Positions 8,977-17,931 of a DNA stretch of 64,000 bases are shown here, piece after piece. The translations under genes and the position numbers were made by a program. Below the pieces are notes generated by a model, which was given only the letters and a program-made list of their open reading frames with translations, did not search any database and was not told where the DNA came from. The DNA is from an uncultured Nitrososphaerota archaeon. Its GTDB lineage: Archaea > Thermoproteota > EX4484-205 > JAAOZP01. Every line of letters starts with the position of its first letter. Within the stretch, counting starts at the first letter, position 1. The stretch lies in assembly GCA_964416155.1 (NCBI GenBank), contig CAYQCW010000001.1, forward strand, positions 64,001 to 128,000. The letters run 5' to 3'.

Positions 8977-9574
8977 AAACCTCCTCGTAAATTCTAATTA
9001 ATTCTTCAACAGCATTCATATCGTTAAAATCCACTAGGTGCAGCTTTTTAACACACCAGGGATATAATGCTCTAATCATACTGTAGGTTGCCACCGAGTG
9101 TGCCACTATGGAGTCTGCAAGACTCGCGGAGAAGGATTCAACCCATTTAATAGTCTGGCCTAGAAGAGAGAGATTAGAATGAGACCTGAGCTCCTCCAGA
9201 GACAGGAAGCTTTGCACGTAGGGAATTGGAACAGCCTCCTTCAATGAAATCAACGGTAAGGCAGAACTCCACTCGAAAGCATGAATTATATCGAAACCCG
9301 GCTGCTCCCACAGCAGGTCGGACAGTATTCTAGTATACTCGCAGCTTAAGCTTGATGCCCAAGTAAAAGGGTTAACGTGGGACCAGACCTTATTGGAAAC
9401 ATAGTATACCTTCATGCCACCTTTCACCTCAAACCCGCTTCTCCAGTCGTCGAAAGCCACAACATTAACATCAAACCCCTTATTCGAAAGAAACCTTGCG
9501 ATAAAACTAACTTGGTTCGAGAGCTCGCCTACTACGCGAGGGGGAAATTCGGTAGTAAGTAGAACAATCTTCAA
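8960..9574 (-). CDS. Stand-alone GT4 N-terminal (acceptor-binding) domain protein
   Basis: TEFPPRVVGEL and IIHAFEW align with the N-terminal domain of the neighbouring GT4s; the nucleotide-sugar-binding domain (EPFG motif) is absent. Confidence 0.7.
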   Translation of the reverse strand: MKIVLLTTEFPPRVVGELSNQVSFIARFLSNKGFDVNVVAFDDWRSGFEVKGGMKVYYVSNKVWSHVNPFTWASSLSCEYTRILSDLLWEQPGFDIIHAFEWSSALPLISLKEAVPIPYVQSFLSLEELRSHSNLSLLGQTIKWVESFSASLADSIVAHSVATYSMIRALYPWCVKKLHLVDFNDMNAVEELIRIYEEVYEKRG

Positions 9575-9583
9575 TGCTGCGTA

Positions 9584-9844
9584 TCACGAGAACAGGGATT
9601 CTATCTTTATCACGCCCAGACCCGTCAAATGAAACTTATTTTTACCAACCCTATCCTGAAGAGATGCCACGTAGCCCCTACTAACAAGGTCGAATAGCCT
9701 ATGAGTCAATTCCTCTGGCCGTATCATAAGGATCTTAGCAACATCCTCAGCATCCACAGCTTTCCCCGGGTCTACTGCCGCCAAGTTATGAAGCTGCAGA
9801 AGTATCTTTATATCAGTATCCTCGTAAGCACCCGGTTCAGCCAT
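9584..9844 (-). CDS. Small winged helix-turn-helix protein
   Basis: 86 aa; IKILLQL..EDVAKILM..LFDLVSRGYV..FHLTGLG wHTH pattern; first gene of the wHTH-GT4N-GT4 run. Confidence 0.65.
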   Translation of the reverse strand: MAEPGAYEDTDIKILLQLHNLAAVDPGKAVDAEDVAKILMIRPEELTHRLFDLVSRGYVASLQDRVGKNKFHLTGLGVIKIESLFS

Positions 9845-9870
9845 CCACTATACGTCTATTTCAGGCGTTC

Positions 9871-9894
9871 TATTTAAGCATTTAAGCTTAAATA
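9871..9894. promoter_or_regulatory. Symmetric bidirectional promoter (back-to-back TATA boxes)
   Basis: TATTTAAGC-ATTTAA-GCTTAAATA. Each CTTAAATA lies about 25-27 nt from the divergent ATGs (9844 and 9919), and the region contains the perfect palindrome ATTTAAGCTTAAAT (9880-9893). Confidence 0.6.
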
Positions 9895-9918
9895 AAATCT
9901 TCTCGTCCCGTATTAAGG

Positions 9919-11184
9919 ATGAAAGGAGTGGTATTATGCTTCGAAGCCCATCAGCCTTACAGAATAAGGCAAAAGATAACAGAGCGAATAGCTTCAAAGC
10001 AAATAGTAAGGTTCAGAGACCTTGAGAAAATATATTTTGACGAGGAGCTTAACAAACAGATATTCAAAAGAGTTTCAGAAAGATGCTACCTGCCGGCTAG
10101 TGAAGTCTTGCTCGATATTATTGATAGGCAGAAGTCTGACGGCAGAGGACTTAGGGTTGCTTTCAGCTTGAGTGGGCTCTTCATAGAACAGGCCAGACAA
10201 TACGATGAAAGAGTGCTTCAAGCCTTCAAGGATCTCTCGGACACGGGTAGAGTTGAATTTTTAGCACAGACCTATTACCACTCGCTTGTAAGCCTCTACT
10301 CGGAGGATAGACCTGAGTTTATAGAGCAGGTTAGAAAACACGTGAATGCTGTAAGCGAGGAATTTAACCAAAAACCCTCCGTCTTCGAAAACACTGAACT
10401 GGTCTATAACAATTCTATAGCCAGAACCGTTGAAAAAATGGGTTTTAAGGCTATTTTCACTGAAGGCGTTGAAAGAATTCTCGGCTGGAGGTCTCCGAAC
10501 TACGTTTATTCTCCAAAAGGAGCATCCGGCTTGAGGCTGCTGCTTAGAAACTATCGGCTCACCGACGACATAGGCTTCAGGTTCTCATCAACCAGGTGGG
10601 AACAGTATCCTTTGACCGCTGAAAAATATGCGTCTTGGCTTGCCGCCACACCTGGAGACTGTGTCAACATATTCATGGATTACGAGACCTTTGGGGAACA
10701 CCACTGGAAGGAGACCGGCATATTTGATTTTCTAAGAGCCCTCCCTGAGAAAATACTTGAATACCAGAACCTTTGTTTCATGCTTCCAAGCGAGATGGTA
10801 GACCGTTTCGACGCGAAGGACGAGATAGATGTTTTCGAGCTTGGCGGAACTGTGTCTTGGGCTGACGAGGAAAAAGATTTGACAGCATGGTTGCAGAACC
10901 CTATGCAAATTTTTCTTTTCGAAAGAATTAAAGCTTTGGAGCCCATAGTAAAGGCTGTTGGAGACAGCGATGCCCTAGAGCTGTGGAGACGGTTCACAAC
11001 CAGCGACTATTACTATTATTTAAGCACTAAAACAGGAGGAGCTGGCGAAGTGCACAATTATTTTAATCCATATCCCAATCCATTGAATGCATACAACAAT
11101 ATGATGGAGGCGCTGCTTGACTTTGAACTTAGAGTCCGAAGGGCGTACAATAGGAAAATTCAAAAGAAGAAAGCCACGTCTTAA
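9919..11184 (+). CDS. GH57 alpha-amylase/amylopullulanase-type glycoside hydrolase
   Basis: FEAHQPYR, QTYYHSL, FENTELVY (nucleophile), DYETFGEH (acid/base), TSDYYYY. Confidence 0.92.
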   Translation: MKGVVLCFEAHQPYRIRQKITERIASKQIVRFRDLEKIYFDEELNKQIFKRVSERCYLPASEVLLDIIDRQKSDGRGLRVAFSLSGLFIEQARQYDERVLQAFKDLSDTGRVEFLAQTYYHSLVSLYSEDRPEFIEQVRKHVNAVSEEFNQKPSVFENTELVYNNSIARTVEKMGFKAIFTEGVERILGWRSPNYVYSPKGASGLRLLLRNYRLTDDIGFRFSSTRWEQYPLTAEKYASWLAATPGDCVNIFMDYETFGEHHWKETGIFDFLRALPEKILEYQNLCFMLPSEMVDRFDAKDEIDVFELGGTVSWADEEKDLTAWLQNPMQIFLFERIKALEPIVKAVGDSDALELWRRFTTSDYYYYLSTKTGGAGEVHNYFNPYPNPLNAYNNMMEALLDFELRVRRAYNRKIQKKKATS

Positions 11185-12221
11185 ACATTGCTAGACGCGT
11201 GAAGAGCTTGGCGCAGTTGAAAAGCAGCCTCCTCCGGCGCCATGATGTTTATATATGCGCCTGACCCGAGCTCGAAGCCGGCGTGTACAGCAACACGTGG
11301 ATACACCTCGACATGCCAGTGAAAACCCCTGTAACCCACAGGTCTTGAGTGAAAAACCATGTTGAATGAAAAATTGCCCAATACTCTTTTGTAGGCAGAA
11401 AAAAGTTCCTTTAAGACTAACGCGAGATCACTGATCTCTTCCACGCTGGATTCAAGGAAAGAGCCAACGTGATGCTTCGGCACAATCCAGCATTCATACG
11501 GGAAAATGCTTGCAAAAGGAGTTATAACCGTAAAGCATTCACCAGCGGACACAAGTCGCCCACCTTCCTGAGCCTCAGTGTTCAATGCACAAAAATAGCA
11601 TTTACCATGAACCTGAATAACCTTTGAGAACGACTCTAACTCTTTTGAGACTAAGGGAGGAACAAATGAGCTTCCTATAATCTGATAATGAGGATGCGCA
11701 ATGGAGGCTCCAGCCTCCTTACCATGATTCTTGAAGATTGCAATATACTTCACATTCTCGTCAGACTCCATAAATCTTCCCCTATCCAGTAGTGCTAGTA
11801 GAGGCAGCTCAATGCTTCTAGGCTCAGCCGTCTCATAGCTCCAGAGATGATTCGGATTCTCAACAACAACCTCGTGATAACCATACGGATTAAAGGATCC
11901 CGGCCTGAAGGATCTTACCCTAGTGTTAAGCGCGGGAAACATGTTGGGAAACACTCTAACAGACCAGTCGCTTCTCCTAAGCCCATTCTCATCAAAGGCC
12001 TTCAGAATGCTTTGCCTGCCCTCCAACACGTATAGAAGACTTGCCTTAGGAGTCTGGCTCTCACGACCAGGGCAGAAGGGACACTCCTTATTATCCTCTT
12101 TCAATTCCTCCCGGTAGAAGTGAGGCCTTTTCCGTCTTCCTCTTGCAACTATAACCATCCTGCCCGTGAAATCGTCGAACCTTACCTCGCTTTCAATCTC
12201 GTCGAAAGACGGGTTAATCAT
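11181..12221 (-). CDS. galT: Galactose-1-phosphate uridylyltransferase family (GalT / ADP-glucose phosphorylase-like)
   Basis: RRKRP, CPFCPG, VFPNMFP, GYHEVVVE, NHGKEAGASIAHPHYQ (HxHxQ), AGFELGSG. Confidence 0.85.
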   Translation of the reverse strand: MINPSFDEIESEVRFDDFTGRMVIVARGRRKRPHFYREELKEDNKECPFCPGRESQTPKASLLYVLEGRQSILKAFDENGLRRSDWSVRVFPNMFPALNTRVRSFRPGSFNPYGYHEVVVENPNHLWSYETAEPRSIELPLLALLDRGRFMESDENVKYIAIFKNHGKEAGASIAHPHYQIIGSSFVPPLVSKELESFSKVIQVHGKCYFCALNTEAQEGGRLVSAGECFTVITPFASIFPYECWIVPKHHVGSFLESSVEEISDLALVLKELFSAYKRVLGNFSFNMVFHSRPVGYRGFHWHVEVYPRVAVHAGFELGSGAYINIMAPEEAAFQLRQALHASSNV

Positions 12222-12308
12222 AATGGATAAGTCTCTGGATGACTACATAAATCTTGAGGAGTTAAAAATATATAAAGGATAGCTACACGTCTAGTGAAGA
12301 ACAGCCTT

Positions 12309-13538
12309 ATGAAGATAGCGTTCATGGTATACGAATACCCGCCATATCTCGTGGGGGGGCTTGGGACATACGCGCAGTACATTACAAAGGAATTCGTGAA
12401 GCTAGAGCATGATGTTACCGTTTTCACCATGCACAGGGGGGCAGCTCAATTGAGAGAAATAGCAGGGGGCGTTGAAATTAGAAGATACCCAACAGTGGAT
12501 GCGAGCGACGTTTTCGCCCCTATAGTGACAGAGGACTTGAAGCACTGGGGCACCTACATAAGGTTCTTCAGCGATATTTTCATCTACAACGTGATGACTG
12601 CATCAGACCTTGTTGCGGAGATTAGGGAGACTAAAATCGACATAATCTCGTTTCACGACTGGCTAAGCTGCATAGGGGCATTAATATCCAGGAAACACAC
12701 AAACATACCAATGGTTTTCCACGTGCATTCAACAGAATGGGGTAGGACTGGAAACGGTTCCCAGGTAATTAAATACTTGGAGGAGAAGGCTGCTTCAATG
12801 GCAGAAAGGATAATTACAGTAAGCCATGCGATGAAAGAGGATCTGGTTAAGCACGGTTGGCCTGAGGATAAGATAAGCGTAGTCTGGAACGGTGTTGATG
12901 CTAACGTTTATAATCCTGATAAATGCAAGCCTGAAAATATAGAAGCAGTTAGAAGCAAGTATAACATAAGTAGGGAAGAGAACATGCTGCTCTTCATAGG
13001 TAGGTTGACTTGGGTTAAAGGCGTTAGAAACCTGATTCAAGCAATGCCCCTGATTCTCAAGGAGCACCCCAATACGAAGTTAGTGATACTTGGAAGAGGA
13101 GAAGAGCAGAGAGACATTGAGGAGTTGACGAGCCGCCTAGGGCTTTCAAACAACGTTTACTATAGGTACGAGTTTATACCGGAAAACGAACGCGTCCTGC
13201 ATTATGCGGCGGCAGATCTGTGCGTGTTTCCAAGCATTTACGAGCCGTTTGGAATAGTTTCGCTTGAGGCTATGGCGATGAAGAAGCCGATTGTCGTTGG
13301 CGCGAGCGGAGTATGCGGGTTTAGGGAACAGGTCATCAGTAGTGGGCCCGACCAAAACGGTGTGCATATAAACGGTAATGATCCTGCGGACATAGCTTGG
13401 GGCGTCAACCTGATCTTATCCGATAAAGAAAAAGGGCTCAAGATGGGTGAAAATGGACGGAGAAGAGTTTTAAACTACTTCACTTGGGATAAAGTGGCTC
13501 AGCAAACCATCAAGATATATGAATCCCTCGTAAAATAA
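12309..13538 (+). CDS. GT4 glycosyltransferase (archaeal glycogen synthase-like)
   Basis: YEYPPYLVGGLG, FHDW, HSTEWGR, IGRLTWVKG, PSIYEPFGIVSLEAMA. Confidence 0.92.
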   Translation: MKIAFMVYEYPPYLVGGLGTYAQYITKEFVKLEHDVTVFTMHRGAAQLREIAGGVEIRRYPTVDASDVFAPIVTEDLKHWGTYIRFFSDIFIYNVMTASDLVAEIRETKIDIISFHDWLSCIGALISRKHTNIPMVFHVHSTEWGRTGNGSQVIKYLEEKAASMAERIITVSHAMKEDLVKHGWPEDKISVVWNGVDANVYNPDKCKPENIEAVRSKYNISREENMLLFIGRLTWVKGVRNLIQAMPLILKEHPNTKLVILGRGEEQRDIEELTSRLGLSNNVYYRYEFIPENERVLHYAAADLCVFPSIYEPFGIVSLEAMAMKKPIVVGASGVCGFREQVISSGPDQNGVHINGNDPADIAWGVNLILSDKEKGLKMGENGRRRVLNYFTWDKVAQQTIKIYESLVK

Positions 13539-13631
13539 GGGCATGGGATCCGCTAGTTTTAGCATGGAGTAAAGGTTATTCTGGAAGATGCTAACCTGCT
13601 AAAATTTTCTAGACGCGGCTAAGTTGTGTTC

Positions 13632-14915
13632 TCACTCCGCCATTTTAACAACGTCCTCATAGCTTTGAAGAAACTTGTTTATGTATATCATGCCGGGAGG
13701 CAGAACTAAGCCCGGGTTCACCCTCGCGTTTATAAGCCTGCAACCCTCACGTATCCTGACGGAGTTCCCAATGGTTGAGAAAGACCCTATACTGGTTGGG
13801 TTTTCTTGCGAGGATTCGACTATAGCCTTTCTCCCTATAATGCTATCAGATATACTTGTATAGTCGCCGATTTTTGCCGAATCCATAATTGCAGACCTCT
13901 CAATAGTTACATGCTCGCCTATGATGCAGAAATTATCTATAGATGAGTCTACGATCCTAGAGTAGTCGCCTATTCTAGTATGCCTCCCGATTAAAACAGC
14001 ACCCTCTAAACCCAGTCTGTTCTCCCTGTGTTTTCTAACTATCTCCTCCCTTCTTTTTACAGATTCTTCACTATAACCCTGGACCCAGATATTCTTTCCG
14101 GGGACAATTCTTTCCTCAGTTATCCTAATGTCTAAGGCTCCTCTAAGAACGTTAACCATGGCCTCCAAATACTTTTCGGGAGAACCCACGTCAAACCAAA
14201 CAGGGATTTCGTAACCGTAAACCGGAAAACCATTGTCGACAAGATACGGGATTAAATCATACCCGAAATCAAGCCTCTTCCTTTCATGCCTAATCCTCAC
14301 CACCTCCTCACTATTCACTATGTTTCTCATCTCCGGAGACAAAAGATATATTCCAGCGTTTGCAAGGTTACTTGGCGCTTGCTCTAGCCTAGGCTTTTCA
14401 ACGAAACGCTTAATCCTGAAATCTTCTCCAAGCTCTGCAACACCATACTCCCCCACGTCCTTAACTCTTGTCAACGCAATACTCATCACAGCATTTCTCT
14501 CCTCATGTCTTCTGACGAAGTCGTTCAAATCCATGTTAAACAGGTTGTCACCCTGCACTACAATAACAGGCTTACGAATATCATAATAATCCATGTTTAT
14601 CCTGTAGGAGTCGGCGCTTCCAAGGTCATCCAGATTAGGCTGATGCTTAATGTGGACTCTAGGCTCAATCCTATATTTTGCTGAGAAGCCTATGCCTTCC
14701 CCATACTGGTCGAAAAGATTAGTATAATTCGTATACCCCATTTCGCCGAATATGAAGTTCCTAACCCCCTGCTCACCCAAGGCGATCATTGAAAATTCTA
14801 TTAGAGGCCTGTTCAGAAACCTTACACACGGCTTAGAAACATCGTGAGAGAGCGGCCTCAACCTTTTAGCCTGACCACCCACCGGTATGAAACAAACCAG
14901 ATCCTGAACCTTCAT
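13632..14915 (-). CDS. NDP-sugar synthase (glucose-1-phosphate nucleotidyltransferase) with left-handed beta-helix C-terminus
   Basis: PVGGQAKRLRPLS..SKP, QGDN, YGVAE, FVEKP, NAGIY, DFGYD, WFDVG and hexapeptide repeats. Start taken at MKVQDL. Confidence 0.88.
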   Translation of the reverse strand: MKVQDLVCFIPVGGQAKRLRPLSHDVSKPCVRFLNRPLIEFSMIALGEQGVRNFIFGEMGYTNYTNLFDQYGEGIGFSAKYRIEPRVHIKHQPNLDDLGSADSYRINMDYYDIRKPVIVVQGDNLFNMDLNDFVRRHEERNAVMSIALTRVKDVGEYGVAELGEDFRIKRFVEKPRLEQAPSNLANAGIYLLSPEMRNIVNSEEVVRIRHERKRLDFGYDLIPYLVDNGFPVYGYEIPVWFDVGSPEKYLEAMVNVLRGALDIRITEERIVPGKNIWVQGYSEESVKRREEIVRKHRENRLGLEGAVLIGRHTRIGDYSRIVDSSIDNFCIIGEHVTIERSAIMDSAKIGDYTSISDSIIGRKAIVESSQENPTSIGSFSTIGNSVRIREGCRLINARVNPGLVLPPGMIYINKFLQSYEDVVKMAE

Positions 14916-15040
14916 GCACCTGTATAAGAAGCCGGTAAGGAACATTTATTCTTAACGGCTAATAGGAAAGTTTAAACCGGCTTTCGCAGCCTTTCAACGG
15001 TTTGAATACGTATTATTCCATCCTTGTTACACCTATTTGT

Positions 15041-16972
15041 TTAGCCGCGGACGAGTTTCATGACCGTGTCGACAAGCGAATCCTCATCCAACCCCGTCAT
15101 TCTATAAAGGTCTTCGAAAGCCCCTGAGGAACCGTATTCACCGACACCCAGCCTTTTTATTTTAACCCTGTAGCCACGCTCAGCAACAGCCTGCAATACG
15201 GATGCTCCAAGCCCAGTGTTAACGTTATGGTCCTCATAAATTATAATCCTGCCTGTTTTAGCAGCCTCCTCCAAAACCTTCTCGTCGACCTCCAGAGGGC
15301 AAGAAACATTAACCACCATAACGTTTATCCCCATATTTCTCAGCCTCTCCCAGACTGAGACAGCCTTGTGAGCTATTGATCCCATGGTGAATATCGCAGC
15401 ATCCCCGCCGCTCCTCAAAACCTCCGCCTTACCGTACTTGAACACGTAGTTTCCCGCAAACACTTCCTTACCAGCGTTGTCAGTGATTATTGGTAGCTTC
15501 GACCTTCCTACTGCAAGCAGAAAGTTTCCGGGTGTCGACGCGATGAACCTCGTGGCCCTGTCAGTCTGATTAGCGTCGGCGGGCACTATAACTCTGAAAC
15601 CGTAAAGATTCCTGAAGACACCTACGTAATCAATGCAGTGGTGAGTCTTCCCGTCTTCGCCCACGTTTAAACCGCAGTGTGTGACAACAACCTTAAGGTT
15701 CGTATGGTTAATATCGTTAAGCCTATGCTGATTATAGGTCTCGTCCACGCCGAAAACCCCGAAGTCGACGAAGAAGGATACAACTCCCTGGATTGACACT
15801 GCTCCCGCAATAGTCGCAGTAGTGTGCTCCTGAACACCGGCTTGGAAGAAGTTTCCGGGGAACTTCTTAGCGAACTCCAGAGTTCTGACCGATTCCGCCA
15901 AGTCGCAGTCAAAAACAGCGATTAACGGTTTACCCCCGCCCTGGGCTTCAGCCAGGTCGATTAACGCATTGCCGAAAGCCTGTCTGGTTTCCACCTGGCT
16001 TCCAGCCGCGTACGTTCTAGGCACCCCGGGCTTGAGGGTTACTTTTTCCGAGCATAATTCATAAGCCCTGTGGCTTGGAGAAGCTTTAAGCTCGGAGGCG
16101 AACCTGCTTCTCAATTTCTTATACTTGTCAATGTCGTCCTCAACACCTAGTTCCAGAATCGCCTTCTTATACTCATCCATTTTCAACGGTCTACCATGGT
16201 ACTCCTCATTCCCCTCCATGAAGGAAACCCCCTTCCCCATTACTGTTCTAGCGATGATGGTTGTTGGAGAATCGTCGGAAACCGCCTCGTCCAACGCGTT
16301 TCGCAGAGCCTTTAAATCATGGCCATCTGTCTCAATAACTCTCCAGCCGTCTGACGCATACCCCTCCTTAATGTTAACCGGCATCACCTCATACGTCGTC
16401 CCGCTTATCTGCCTCTCATTGTAGTCAACCACGACAGTAATGTTTGCGAAACCATGCTTGTGGGCGAACCTCCTGGCCTCAGCCGTCTGCCCCTTAGCCT
16501 GCTCGGCGTCGCTCATCGCGACGAAAACATGGTAGTCCTCCCCCCTGATCCTCCCTGCGACGGCGAAGCCGCATCCTGCAGAAAGCCCTTGGCCAAGGTT
16601 CCCGGTTGACCACTCAACCCCTGGGACGCATCTCTCCACATGACCCTCGAAACGGCTGCCGGCAAGCCTGAAAGTTGCTATTGCCTCATCAATGTCGAAG
16701 AAGCCGAGCCTCCCTAGGGCAGCGTAAACACCGGGAGAAGTATGACCGTGGCTGACGACTATCCTGTCTCTAGCCGGCCAGCATGGCTCGTTGGGCTTAA
16801 CTCTTGCAAACGAGAATAGGGCAAGGTAAATGTCGATGCTGGACATGGATCCTCCGGGGTGTCCCGAGGCAGCGAGAGTCGTCATCTTCAAAATATCGCC
16901 GCGTGCAATTCTGCCTAATTCCCTCAGCTTTTCAAGGTCTTCATCGGATATCCATCTCTCAGGGGAATTCAT
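15041..16972 (-). CDS. tkt: Transketolase, single-chain (N and C domains fused), 643 aa
   Basis: SGHPGGSMS, SHGH, EGH, TGNLGQG, SDAE..NERQ TPP motif, HG, GVQEH, GEDGKTH, EDH. Confidence 0.92.
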   Translation of the reverse strand: MNSPERWISDEDLEKLRELGRIARGDILKMTTLAASGHPGGSMSSIDIYLALFSFARVKPNEPCWPARDRIVVSHGHTSPGVYAALGRLGFFDIDEAIATFRLAGSRFEGHVERCVPGVEWSTGNLGQGLSAGCGFAVAGRIRGEDYHVFVAMSDAEQAKGQTAEARRFAHKHGFANITVVVDYNERQISGTTYEVMPVNIKEGYASDGWRVIETDGHDLKALRNALDEAVSDDSPTTIIARTVMGKGVSFMEGNEEYHGRPLKMDEYKKAILELGVEDDIDKYKKLRSRFASELKASPSHRAYELCSEKVTLKPGVPRTYAAGSQVETRQAFGNALIDLAEAQGGGKPLIAVFDCDLAESVRTLEFAKKFPGNFFQAGVQEHTTATIAGAVSIQGVVSFFVDFGVFGVDETYNQHRLNDINHTNLKVVVTHCGLNVGEDGKTHHCIDYVGVFRNLYGFRVIVPADANQTDRATRFIASTPGNFLLAVGRSKLPIITDNAGKEVFAGNYVFKYGKAEVLRSGGDAAIFTMGSIAHKAVSVWERLRNMGINVMVVNVSCPLEVDEKVLEEAAKTGRIIIYEDHNVNTGLGASVLQAVAERGYRVKIKRLGVGEYGSSGAFEDLYRMTGLDEDSLVDTVMKLVRG

Positions 16973-17106
16973 GAAGGGAACGACTCAATTAGAGGAATAA
17001 AAAGTTATTCCGTGTCAGAGGACGATTCTAGGCGCTGGAGAATTTCATTTTCATCGACAAGTTTAATTCGAGTGCTGGCTATCGAAATGATGGTTTGGAG
17101 GCTAGC

Positions 17107-17883
17107 CTAACGCCGTAGTTCTTGGCATGCAACACCATACGTTGACTTCGATTCCAAAATGGGAGGAGAAAACTCGACTATTGGACATTTCTCTATGCAT
17201 GTTTCACATCCTTTGCACCTGGTTTCATCCAAGTGAACCTTCCCATCCGATCTAGGAACAAGGCTTCGCACGGACAAAGCCTCGCAAGAACCGCATCCCA
17301 GGCAGTATGCTACTCTGAACAATGCAATTACTTTTCTATTCCTGTTTTCCAACCTGAACATCACCTTGTTTCCGTTTAACACATACGATGCTGCAGGATC
17401 CCCCTAGGGTTTTCACGAGTTCCCTCAGCCTACCCTCGTCTATCTCTCTGTCTAAAACTAGACACGTGGCTGCTCCATCGTCTTTCGCCACGTATTTTTC
17501 AAGGCGGCAGCTATGGATGTCCAACTACTTTCTTCACCTTTACCGGAACCCGTTTCCATCTCCACAAGCGACGCTTAACGATGGCGAGCCTCCATCCGAG
17601 AGATGCTTAAGAATTCCCGTCTGAAATCATCCCAAAAGCCTGATCCACGTAGAAAAGCTTGTTCTCAAGCATAAGATGATCCTCATATAGGACTTTCCCC
17701 AGCCCCATAACCATACTGCTTGTCCAGAGTCTTCAGAACCAGTTTTCTCTCCTCTTCGGAAACAGGCCTTAAGTCGGCCTTCCCCCTAGTTTTTAAAGAA
17801 AAACTTTGTCTCCGCATACGTCGCACTCCTCTCCTAAAAGCGGCACGTTGCAGACTCCGCACCATCTTACTGAGGTTCAACAA
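17107..17883 (-). pseudogene. Phosphoadenosine phosphosulfate reductase-family protein (Zn-ribbon, 4Fe-4S C-terminus), degraded with large deletion
   Basis: Alternate frames give VRWCGVCNVPLLGEECDVCG, then GKADLRPVS, then LWRWKRVP, then CLGCGSC..(CP in a shifted frame)..DETRCKGCETCIEKCP. Multiple indels, and the catalytic core is missing. Confidence 0.7.
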
Positions 17884-17931
17884 GTTTAAACCCCCGGGGA
17901 GTCACTCGTCAATCGGAAGTGAAGTTGAAAC

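Noticed and set aside
17107-17382. 91-aa ORF with CxxCxxC motifs as a stand-alone ferredoxin
   Set aside because: It is the C-terminal fragment of a pseudogene, and one cluster's CP lies in another frame.
17540-17610. Minus-strand GATGGAGGCTCGCCAT resembling the 5' part of a fluoride (crcB) riboswitch
   Set aside because: It lacks the leading GGC and the CTRATGAC 3' motif, and it translates as the LGWRLA..LWRWKRVP part of the PAPS-reductase relic.
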